DNA of 58,525 nucleotides, counting the filler, from Sphacelaria rigidula (taxonomy: Eukaryota), in the NCBI GenBank assembly GCA_964200075.2. It is 6 parts of 6 records of this genome, joined end to end, with 100 filler letters (N's around TTAATTAATTAA, not from the genome) between each part and the next. Parts side by side here need not be neighbours in the genome. Positions count along the whole stretch, not along the records: positions 39,086 to 48,755 come from CAXNAA020007995.1; positions 48,856 to 58,525 come from CAXNAA020007996.1; 4 more parts are not named here. The stretch is one strand, 5' to 3'. Shown piece after piece: positions 38,986 to 49,384 of the stretch. The notes below the pieces were generated by a model, which had not been told where the DNA came from, did no database searches, and saw nothing but the letters and a program-made list of their open reading frames with translations. Position numbers and translations under genes: made by a program. Position 1 is the stretch's first letter; every line of letters starts with the position of its first letter.

Positions 38986-39085
38986 NNNNNNNNNNNNNNN
39001 NNNNNNNNNNNNNNNNNNNNNNNNNNNNNTTAATTAATTAANNNNNNNNNNNNNNNNNNNNNNNNNNNNNNNNNNNNNNNNNNNN
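38986..39085. other. Artificial contig linker
   Basis: N44-TTAATTAATTAA-N44. Confidence 0.99.
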
Positions 39086-39180
39086 CCGTCCCGAAAGGGA
39101 GGGGTGGTACATGGCCAAATAACTAAACAAAGAAACAAATGGTTACCCCCCCCCCCCCCCCCCTATCGTAGGATGACTCT
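39086..39180. mobile_element. Right terminus of the same MITE family as at 1-71
   Basis: Poly-C followed by TATCGTAGGATGACTCT. Confidence 0.6.
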
Positions 39181-39644
39181 AGGACTTCTGTATTTTAGCA
39201 ATAGGGATTACAGTATGTGGGAGTGGTCACGTTTTGGGCAGCTTCTTGAAAAGTTCTGATTGGTTCTGACAATATATTCTGAAAAAAACGAAACACTTTT
39301 CTCGCACATAAATCCAATGCCGAATCTGAAATGGCCTGAAACAACAACCAATTTGAAAGTTGGAATAACAAAAGTTGAGCACACGGAGTGGCTGAGAAAT
39401 CCCATGTCTGCATTTGTTTTCGCCAATGTTGCCCATATGAGGTGCTGCATGCAGTCTGAAACCAATTATCATGCACTATTCCGCCATTTTTTTCATGACA
39501 GTGTTGGGGCTGGTTTGGGGATCGAGGAGTCTATCGAGGCATCAGCCATCTATGAAAATACGGAGACGTTGAAAAGTGTACAGAAAAAACAAGTTGGCCG
39601 GCGGCGTAAGCGCTGTTCTTGCTGATTGTTTCGATAATTAGCGC

Positions 39645-39902
39645 TGAGTGATCCCACGATAGGAAGGGGGCGGGGAGGGGGGGGGGTCATTTCACGAAAA
39701 ACAGGGGCTCCCAGGTCTATCCGACGACCTGATACACTCTCGGTGCGCTTGACTTTGGGTGAAAACGGCGTCAAGCAATATGGATGACGAGTAGAGAGCG
39801 CGTTCGAACAGGAGTTACTACTTTCGGCGACGTTTTGAAGTGGCATTTTTGTGGAAGAAACGCCCCATATTACCCCCTCCCCCCCCATCGTAGAATGGCT
39901 CT
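39645..39902. mobile_element. Decayed full-length MITE (GAGTCATCCTACGATAGGG family)
   Basis: Left GAGTGATCCCACGATAGG + G-tract; right C-tract + ATCGTAGAATGGCTCT. Confidence 0.6.
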
Positions 39903-39963
39903 ACTGGCTTGTCATTGCTCGGGTTTTCTGACACCATCTGAATTACCCGATATTTCCATATCA

Positions 39964-42900
39964 TTATTGAGGCGGTATTTCCATCGGAACATCTTCAACG
40001 CAATTAGTACTGTCTTCTATCCTATTATCAATTTCTGCGGTGTTCGCAGCTTCAGCTCGCTCTTCTTCTTCTCGCTGCTGTTGCTCGTATTTTTCTTTTC
40101 TGTAATACTCATGGTTGACTGAAGTCTCCGCGGCAAACAGCGCACAATACAGACGTTCATGTGCTCGACTTGCTCCAGCGGACTGCGCCCGACGGACTTT
40201 TGTCACCGCCATAGATGCATTGACTTGCGACACGCAAGTATGTAACGGCGACACCTTGCGGGGTTTTACGAGTGGGCCCCTGATACTCCTCGATTGCCTT
40301 GTCGTAGTATTTCCTCTGAAGATCTGATTCGGCCCCCAACAAGGCAGCGACGGTAATGGGCGCGCCTTTTTTCTCATGGCACCCGTCTTTCTCTTGTGAG
40401 CCTGGATTGCTGACCGTATCGTCACTCGAAGCTGGAACTGAGTAATTGAAGATTTTGGATTCGGCTCTGGGGGATCTCGGAGTCGTCTGAGGATCGCCAG
40501 CGGAGCGGCTGTCGGGACTCTCCCCATCCCAGCAACAACGCCCGGTGATGGCGACGACGCTACCACGGTAGACCCAGCAACAATCGGTAGCTCAGGAACC
40601 TTATGATGGCGACTGGGTCGTGGTTTGGCCGCTCCTGCGTTTACGCTTGTGGCAGGAGATCCGCCTTTGTTGGTATTCATTACCTGGTCTCGTCTACTGG
40701 ACACCCGATTTGTGATCATCTGTCTTGAAAAATTCGCTGTTCGTCTGGCAGAAGCCCGCCTCCGCGCTTGAGCCTGAATTTTTGTCGCCGCTCGCCTTTT
40801 GTTTTGTCCCTCATCATCACTATTATCCCAGGTTTTTTCATGTTTACACGAAGCATGCGTCCGTGACACGATATCTTCGCTGGAAGTTTTTCCCGAGTCC
40901 AATTCTTGACTCTCACAGCCGGCACTAAAGGGATGAAAAGGAGACGCGTCGACCCGGCGCTGGCGCATAGCCGCCTCGCTCTCCTTCACGGGGCGGTGTG
41001 ACATGCACCGACAGCAAGGTTTCTGTATTTGGGTCGCTGTGAGGTCCCGGGTGAGGCTATCGACCTCTCCCTTTGCCTCGATCTCCACATCTCCTCTGAC
41101 AGACACCGGTACTTCACAACCAAATTCGACACCATCCAAACATGCCTTGTACTGCAGCTTATCTGAACCGGTAGCTTGAGCGGAAGCGAAGCCTTCGGAT
41201 TCTACAGTTTTGTTCGTCTTCGCCGAAAGGGGTTCGAGCAAATCGCCTGATTTACACAGACAGTCGACATTACTCCCATCAGCTTCAACGATCTTCAGAT
41301 TATCCAAACCATAGTACCCACGTTTGCTCGAGTTTTCGGGGTTTTCCACGATGTATGCCAGCTCAATCGGAGCAAGCTCGCCTGAATCACCGCCGACTCT
41401 CAGTACGCTTTCTGTTTGACCATCAGATGGACTGCCAGCGTCATGTTTTCCTCCAGTCGAGCTTGCCCTGTCCAAAGCTACGTCGGCAACAACAGCAAAA
41501 TCCGCACCAGGAGATGTCTGGCGGTCCCGAGTTGCTTTGTTTTCTCGGTCGAGGCTCCTGTTGTAGGGCTTGCTTTGCTCATTCTCCTTCACTAGAATGT
41601 CAAACTCATTATGGTGGTCTTGTTGTCCCGATATCGCCACCAGTTTGTTACCAACTATCGCTTCTATTTCCCCCTGATGCGGTTGAAGCTGAGATTCGCT
41701 AACCGTACCGTCCCCTTTTCTTACTCCCGGAAATTGTGGGCTACAACGATTCTCCGCAGACGAGTTTCTCGCCGATTGATTCACTCCCCTGTTGACATCG
41801 TCGTGATTGCCGGTTTCTTTTCCCGCTGCCACATGTCCCTCATCCCTGCCACCAAGACCACAACCTGAAGGAGACATGTCGACTATGACATCGTCACTAC
41901 TGCACGTGTGCGTCAATAATTTGTCAGCCTTTCTGAATTTGACGTTTGTCGATAGGTTTTTGGCATTCCCATGTGACCTGTTGATGCGTCCGCACCCTAC
42001 GAACTCTATTTCTATGCCCACCGCCTCGATTTCGTCTTGTACCGTGATTTTAACCGTGCTGTCTTCACCAAGTTTGGTTTCAAAATCGATAGTGAAGCTA
42101 GGTATCTGCTCTGAATCTGATTTGGTACTTGACCTCGTGTCGATATTCTCGATGGCACTACCCTCGAATAGCTTGGACGGTGCTTCCTTCTCTATGCAAA
42201 ATTTAGGAGGGTCTCCTCGATATTCTGGTCCCTCCGGAGGCGACACGCCTACACACACTGTAGACTGCCCTTGCACATCTTGGATTGCGGAGTCGACGCA
42301 TGGTGGACTGTCGATGTTCGGTTTAGAGACCTGGGGGTGCATCTCGCTAAACCGTCTGGGCACCTGAGATCTAGCCGAGGCTGACGCTGCAGTGCAGGTT
42401 GGATCGCCGCCGGAACAAACAACGCTCTCGGGTTTACACCCGTGTCCTGCGCTGAGATCTCGGGGCGCGTGCTGTTGAGTGCTTCTGTTATCAGCCGGCT
42501 CACCACGCTGCGATGACAGCTCAGTAGAGCTGCTAGTGATTTCTGCGCCGTCCTCGCCAGAGACCGGTGCCGGCTCGTGTGCAGGGGGGCTGCCGCTGTA
42601 GGGTAGCCGCAAAACCGCACGATCCGGCGTCTCCTCCACGTCCACTCCAGTAGTATCTCCTCGACGTTTCGGTTCCACCGAAGGCGACACGCTTGGAAAC
42701 ACTTCGGACTGCCCCTGAATATCTTGCCCCACAGCATCAAGGCATAACGCACTATTGACATCCGGCTCAGAGACCTGAGGGTCCATCTTGTCCAACCTTC
42801 CGGGCAGTTGACATCCAGCCCAGGCTCCAGTACAGATCGAATCATCACCGGAACAAACAACGCTCTCGGAGCCGCATCCGTGTGCTACACTGGAATCTCC

Positions 42901-45900
42901 TGGATTGTGTTGATGCCTACCCCTATTCTCAGCCGGCTCACCACCTTGCGATGACAGCTCCGTAGAGCTTACAGTGATTGCTGCGCCGTACTTACAAGAC
43001 GCCGGCACCGCCTCGTGTGTAGGGGGGTCGCCGCTGAAGTCCGCACGGTCCCGCGTCTCCTCCACGTCGAGCCCAGTGAAATCTCCTCGATGTTCCGCTT
43101 TTACCGAAGGCGACACGATCCGAGACATCGCAGACCACCCCTGGACATTTTGAACTGCGGCGTCGACGCACAACGGACAGTCCCCGTCCGACTCAGGGAC
43201 CTTCGAACCGACCTCGTGCAACCGTCCGGGCAGCTGAGATCCAGCCGGAGCTGCAGTGCGGGTCGAATCGCCACTGAAAAAAACGATGCCTTTTGTGTCA
43301 CACCAGTGTGCTGCACTGGAATCTCGAGGCTCGTGCTGATGCTCGTTCCTGTTCTCGGTCGGTTCACCACGTCGCGGTGACAGCTCAGAAGTGCTGAGAG
43401 TGATAGTTACCCCGTCCTTACCAGAGATTGGCGCCGGCTCGTGTGCAGGGGGGTCGCCGCTTACCTCCGAGTGACCTTGCTCCTTGGTCACGTCCAGTGT
43501 AGTAGTGTCTCTTGGATGCTCCGGTTTCATCGACGGCGACACACCCGAAGACATTGCAGGCTGTCTTTGAATATCTTGACCCGCGACGTCGACGCATAGC
43601 GGATTGTCTACGTCGGGCTCAGAGATTCGAGGGTCGAACTCGCCCAACCGTCCTGGCAGTAGAGATCCAGCCAAGGCTGGAGTGCGGGTCGAATCGCCGC
43701 TGGAATAAACGACGCTCTCGGGTTCGCACCCGTGTCCTGGGGTGGGATCTCGGGGTGCGTGCTCCGGCCTGCTCCTGTTCCCGGACGGCTGATCACGCCG
43801 CGATGGCAGCTCAGTGGAGCTGACAGCGATCGTTGCGTCGTCCTCGCCAGAGACTGTCGTCGGCTTGCATGCGGGAGGGTAGCCGCTAAAGCCCGCACGG
43901 TCCCATGCCTCCTTCATACCCAGTTCAGTAGTATCTCCGCGACATTTCATTTGCACCGGAGGCGAAGCATATGAAGGCAGCACATTTTGCCGCTGGACGT
44001 CTTGACCTTCGGTGTCGACGCGTAGCGGACTGTCTTCGTCTGGCCCAGAGATTCTAGAGCTCACCCCAGACAACCGCCCAGGCGTTTGGGATCCAGCCGG
44101 GGCTAGAGTGCAGGTCGAATCGTCGCTGGAACGAGCAATTTCACACCCATGTGCTGCGCTGACATCTCGGGGCACGTGTTGTTGCTCGCTCCTATCCTCG
44201 ACTGGCTCACCACGCCGCGATGACAGCTCAGTGGAGCTGACAGTGATTGCTGCCCCGTCCTTGCCGGAGACCGGTGCCGACTCGTGTACATAAGAGTCGA
44301 AGCTACAGCCCGCACCGTCTCGTGTCTCCTCCAAGTCCAATCCAGTAGTATCTCCTCGATGTTTTGGTTCCACCGGACGGGACACGTCCGGAGACCCTGT
44401 TGACTGCCCCTGGACATCTTGGACTGCGGCGTCGACGCATTGCGGACTGCCTACGTCCGGCTCCGAGATTTGAGGAGCCATCTCATTCGACTGTACAGGC
44501 AGCTGAGATCCAGCCGAGGCTACACTGCAGCTCGAATCGTCGCTGGAACTAATAACGCTTTCGGCGTCATACTCTTGTGATACGCTGGAATCTCGGGGCT
44601 CGTGCTGCTGCCTGTTTCTGTCCTCTGTCGCCTCACTTCCCCGCCATGAGAGCTCAGAAGAGCTGGCAGTGACTGATACCCCGTCCTCGCGAGCGACCGT
44701 CGCCGGTTCGTATGCAGGGGCGTCGCCGCTGACTTCCGAATGGTCTCGATCCTCCGTTACGACTAGTGCACCGGTATCTCCTCCACATTTCCGTCCCGCC
44801 GGAGGCGACGTACATGAAGACACTGTAGAATGCCCATGGAAGGCCTGACCCGCGGCGTCGACGCGTAGCGGACTGTCTACGTCTGGCTCAGAGACTGGAT
44901 TGTCCACTTCGTCCGACCGTCCACGCGGCTGAGGTCCAGTCCAAGCTACAGCAAAGTTCGAACCGTCATTAGAAGTCACACCACACCCGTGTGCTGCGCT
45001 GGAATCTCGGGGCTCGTGTTGCTGCTTACCCCCATCGCCAATCGGCTCACCACGCCGCAATGACAGCTCAGTGGAGCTGACAGTGATTGCTGCCCCGTCC
45101 TCCCTAGAGTTCGATACCGACTTGTGTACAGAAGGGTCGCCGCTACAGCCCGCACCGTCTCGCGACTCTACATCCAGTTCAACATCATCTTCCTGACCTT
45201 CTGGTTCCAACGGAGCAGATGCGCCCGGAGACCCTGTTGACTGCCCCTGGACGTCGGCGCATAGCGGACTGTCTACGTCCGGCTCCGAGATCTGAGGAGC
45301 CATCTCATTCGACTGTACAGGCAGCCGAGATCCAGCCGAGGCTACACTGCAGCTCGAATCGTCGCTGGAACTAACTACGCTGTCGGCGTCGTACTCTTGT
45401 GCTGCATTGGAATCTCGGGGCTCGTGCTGCTGCCTATTTCTGCCCTCTGTCACCTCACTGCCCCGCCAAGAGAGCTCAGAAGAAGTGGCAGTGACTGCTG
45501 TCCCGTCCTCGCGAGCGACCGTCGCCGGCTCGTATGTAGGGGCGTCGCCGCTGAGTTCCAGACGGCTACGCGTCTCGTCCACGCTCAGTCTAGTTGTATA
45601 TTCGCGACGTTCGGATTCCACTGGAGGTGACACGCCCAGAGACGCGGTATACTTCCCGTGGTCGTCTTGACCCGTGGCGTCAACGCTAAGCGAACTGTCT
45701 ATTTCCGGCTCCGGCATCTCAGAGGCCAACTCGTCCAACCGTTCATGTAGCTGAGATGCAGCCGAGGCTGCAGTGCAGGTCGAGCTATTGCTAGAACAAA
45801 CAGTGCTTTCGGTGTGTCTTGCGCAGGAATCCCAAGGCCCGTGCTGCTTCTCGCTCCTGTCCTCTACCGGCTCACTACGCGGCACTGAGAGCTCAGCAGA

Positions 45901-48467
45901 GGTCACAGTGATTGCTTGCTTGTCCTCGCCAGAGATCGGCGCCGGCTCGCGCGCAGAGGCGTCGCCGCTGACTTCCGAGAGGCCCCGCGTCTCCTCCGCT
46001 CCCGGTGTAGCAGCATCTTCACGTTTCGGTTCCAAAGGAGGCGACACGCGTGAATGCACGGAAGACTGCACGTGGAACTCTCGGTCCGGGGCGTCGACCC
46101 ATTGCGGATTGTCTACGTTCGGCCGAGAGATTTGATGGTCCACCTCGTCTAACCGTCCAGGCAGCTGAGGTCGAGCCGAACCCGCAGTACAAGTCGAATC
46201 ATCGCTAGAAGCCGGACCGTGCTCGTCTTCTCTGCTTGAATCCCGGGGCTCGTGTTGCTGCTCGCTCCTGTCCTCGGGCAGCTCACCACCCTGTGATGAG
46301 AGTTCAGTGGTGCATGTTGTGAGCACGCCCCCGTCCTTGCTAGAAGCCAGGGCCGGCTCGTGTGCAGGGAGTTCGCCGCTGGAATTCAAACATTCCTCCC
46401 TCCGCAGTCGATTTTTCTGACCTCCCACGCGATTCTCGTTCGCTTTTCCTTCTTGTTGGGATCCTGTGGAGACATTCTCACCCATCATTTCCCTTCCCAT
46501 GTCTTCCTTCCACCGGGAATCATCACCGCAAATTAAGAGATCGTTGTCGCCATCTCTACTCTCGTTGCAGACCGCTCCGATTTCACCGCGTTCTTGTCTC
46601 TCGTTTTCCTCGCGAACACCTTCCCCTGGGATTCCACGAACTCCACCAGGGTACATGCAGATACCTCTGTGCTCGTTGATTTCGTCGCCCCCCTCACAAT
46701 TCAAGCTCCTTCTTTGGATTTGTTTCGCGTCAATTATCGCGCCTTCTCCGCCTAATTCAGCGTCGCCAACAGACAATGCCTCCCGTGTAGTGCCACCCTC
46801 GTCGATGACATCAGCAACGCCACGATCCGAGTCGACCCCACGACTACTGCTATCATCTTCCTGTTTCAAGATGCATGGATCTTTGGTACCCTCGCCAGCT
46901 GTCACCACCTTTCCACTGTCATCTCCTCGCACAGGTAACACGGAAGTAGATTTCATCGTTTCCACTTCGGCGCCTACATGCCTCTCTCCCTGGTCGTTAC
47001 AGTCAACCGACTCCTGCTCACTGTGCAGGCCATCGACAACTTCATTTTCGGCACCTGCCCAATTAGCCATGGAGCTAAAACGCTTGTCCATAACTTCCGT
47101 AAGTCCCTGTTCCAACAAAGCTACTGTCCTCGATGGAGAATTGCCTTGGCCGCTGGTGAAATCGCTGCCGATACCCAGACCATTTGCTTTTGGCAACTCC
47201 CTGTTCCCACATACTCCCTGATCTAGGCGAGCTTCCGTGCGAACAGCCCCAAGCATCTCTTCCAGACTGACAGATGGTGATAGAGTACTCGTTTCGCAGG
47301 GGGGAGTTTCGCTGCCGCACGGTGCACTGTTTTCGCGCCGGGGAGTACTGCTGGTCCGTGTGAAGGGTTCGTCGTTGTGACTGGCAGGCTCCTCGTTGTA
47401 ATGAGCTGCTTCTGCTGCGATTCGCTCCCTTAGTTCCTCAAGCCCCAGGGACTCGTCTTCGAAACTGCAGCCGTGAGTCGTTGCGAGGGGATAAGGTAGA
47501 CGCACAATAATGGGGGTGACATGTGCAGGAATACAGAGCGAGATGGAGCGAACCACAGCAGATGAAGGTCAGTACCGAGCTGCTTCGTTCTCTCACGTCT
47601 GAAGTTGACTTACACGTATTGACTGGGGTGGTTTGTCTAGGTTCTGGCGAGAGCAACAGACAAACTTTGCACAAGAAGCGCCGTGCGGTGTCGTGTGTCC
47701 GACGCAAACAACTTGATGCGCGTACTGTATTTTTGTGTTCTTCTGGTTGGGCGTCAGTTTCTCTTTTTTTTTTGTCGCACTTTGAACCCCTCCCCTTCCT
47801 CGGGACGAGTCCGTGGTCTCAAGGGAGCATCCTATCTCTCCCCCGGTACACGCCTTGCGTTTTGCTGTCGCGGATCCGGTCTGCACTCCCGCACCGCGTC
47901 AACTCACGTCAAACAAACTCAATCGACTACTTTGTTTGCTCACGTTCTCATGCTTTTCACGGTGGAAATAAGGTATTACGACGAAGAACCCAACGCGTCG
48001 GGAATGGAACCCTTGTTTTCTCCACCCTAATGGCGACAGTCGGACCATTACACCACTGGGGCGCGGCATTTTGATACCTGAATACACGACATATTGACGG
48101 CTGATCTGTAGTCTGATCCCATATCAACAGAACAGCCTGAGCAACTGTTTCCAAGTCAAATATTTCTATAGAGCGTACTCAACATGGCTTCTGGCATGCC
48201 ACAGGAATATTACACTGCACGACGCCGTGCTCTTAACGCAACATGTTATTCAACATGTGTTGTACCTGAAGTCAACCGTTTCCTCAACACCGGGAAAGTC
48301 CAGTACCGAATCCTGCGTTGGAAGCTCCTGGCAGTCGGAGAGAAACTCATGCTCCAGCGCACGCTTGGCCGAGAGGCGGAGATTTACGTTCAAGTCTAAA
48401 GTCTTCCTCAGCAAATCTAGCGCACCCGTTTCGACCTCAGATGGTACCAAATCCTCCAAAGCCGGTC
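39964..48467 (-). CDS. 3' part of a MAP kinase-like gene with a giant C-terminal extension. Exons 48467-48266 and 47464-39964 (>2560 aa visible); kinase core lies beyond the contig end
   Basis: The first exon gives kinase subdomain XI (ALDLLRKTLDLNVNLRLSAKRALEHEFL). A phase-2 GT-AG intron joins it to DF|SFEDESLGLEELRERIAAEAAHY, the MAPK C-terminal L16 pattern. Then a 7.5-kb stop-free exon with ten ~140-aa repeats and the IQ motif AATKIQAQARRRASARR (40741-40795). Confidence 0.85.
42200..46385 (-). repeat. Coding tandem repeat, ten units of ~410-440 bp
   Basis: SGD(P/A)PxHEPA..DG..IT.SSTELS.RGE..R.QQHEPRD..S.DS.C..A..QLPGR..SEPDVDSP.CVD..VSPP recurs ten times. Confidence 0.95.
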
Positions 48468-48755
48468 CTAAAAGGTAGGTGTATCGTGTTATCCAGCGTG
48501 GCGAATTCCAACGACAACGGCGCGAAATCGACAGGAGAAACAGGAAGTGAAACACGCAATGATTTGCTGATGAACACAAAGGGACTGATGTCGAGCCACT
48601 TCGGTCCCTTCGAGTAGTAAGAAATTCTGGCAAGTGCGAAGATGTACACATTTACAAGGCTGTATCGTCACCACACAGAAGATTGCAATGACTGTGTACC
48701 GGGGGAGAGAGGGGTTGATCCCTTGAGACCACGGACTCATCCCGAGGAAGGGGAG
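47790..48755. repeat. Two inverted copies of a ~62-bp repeat (47790-47851 and 48694-48755) in the introns flanking the kinase exon
   Basis: CTCCCCTTCCTCGGGA.GAGTCCGTGGTCTCAAGGGA..CTCTCCCCCGGTACAC and its reverse complement. Confidence 0.85.
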
Positions 48756-48855
48756 NNNNNNNNNNNNNNNNNNNNNNNNNNNNNNNNNNNNNNNNNNNNT
48801 TAATTAATTAANNNNNNNNNNNNNNNNNNNNNNNNNNNNNNNNNNNNNNNNNNNN
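48756..48855. other. Artificial contig linker
   Basis: N44-TTAATTAATTAA-N44. Confidence 0.99.
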
Positions 48856-49384
48856 TTTGGGCGGCCCCCGGCGCGTGCGCCTCCCCCCCCCCCCCCCCCC
48901 CCCCCCCCCCGCCTTCCGCATGAACGATACCACAACACCTTCGGCTCTGCTCCTGCCAGCCCCTCTCGACGTAGACACGGATTGAGCTTGTCTTGTTTCC
49001 TGCAAGCTGATCAGGCCTGGAGACTCACTTCTGGCTTCATGTATCACTCGTCTGACAGCGAGCCCAATAAACGATGTTAGTAGAAATAAGTCACTCGAGA
49101 TCAGTCTGCCACGTGGACTTCTCCCGTAGACTTCAGCAGCTGTGAGTTATTCATATACGAAGTACTGACCCCAGCTGTTCATTATACAGAACAGGAGCAT
49201 TTCGTCTCGTCCTCCCACGGAGAGAGTGAAGAATTATCCTCAAACCAACGGCATCGAACACTCACGGAGTCTGCTGACCAGACACGCAAACTCGCAATCC
49301 TTCAATCAGCCGTGAAGACGCTACCGTGCGTTCCGAACGCATTCGTGTACCTAACTTACGTAACAGTGGTGGCCAGAATTTACA

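Noticed and set aside
32590-39400. Inverted repeat copies apparently bracketing the EsV-1-7 gene like a large transposon
   Set aside because: The two copies lie on different contigs separated by an artificial linker.
47465-47556. N-terminus MVRSISLC.. of the 2530-aa ORF as a real start
   Set aside because: It is intron sequence upstream of the CTGCAG acceptor; splicing to the kinase exon explains the frame.
35689-48467. Functional linkage of the EsV-1-7 gene and the MAPK gene as a convergent pair
   Set aside because: Different contigs; the adjacency is artificial.
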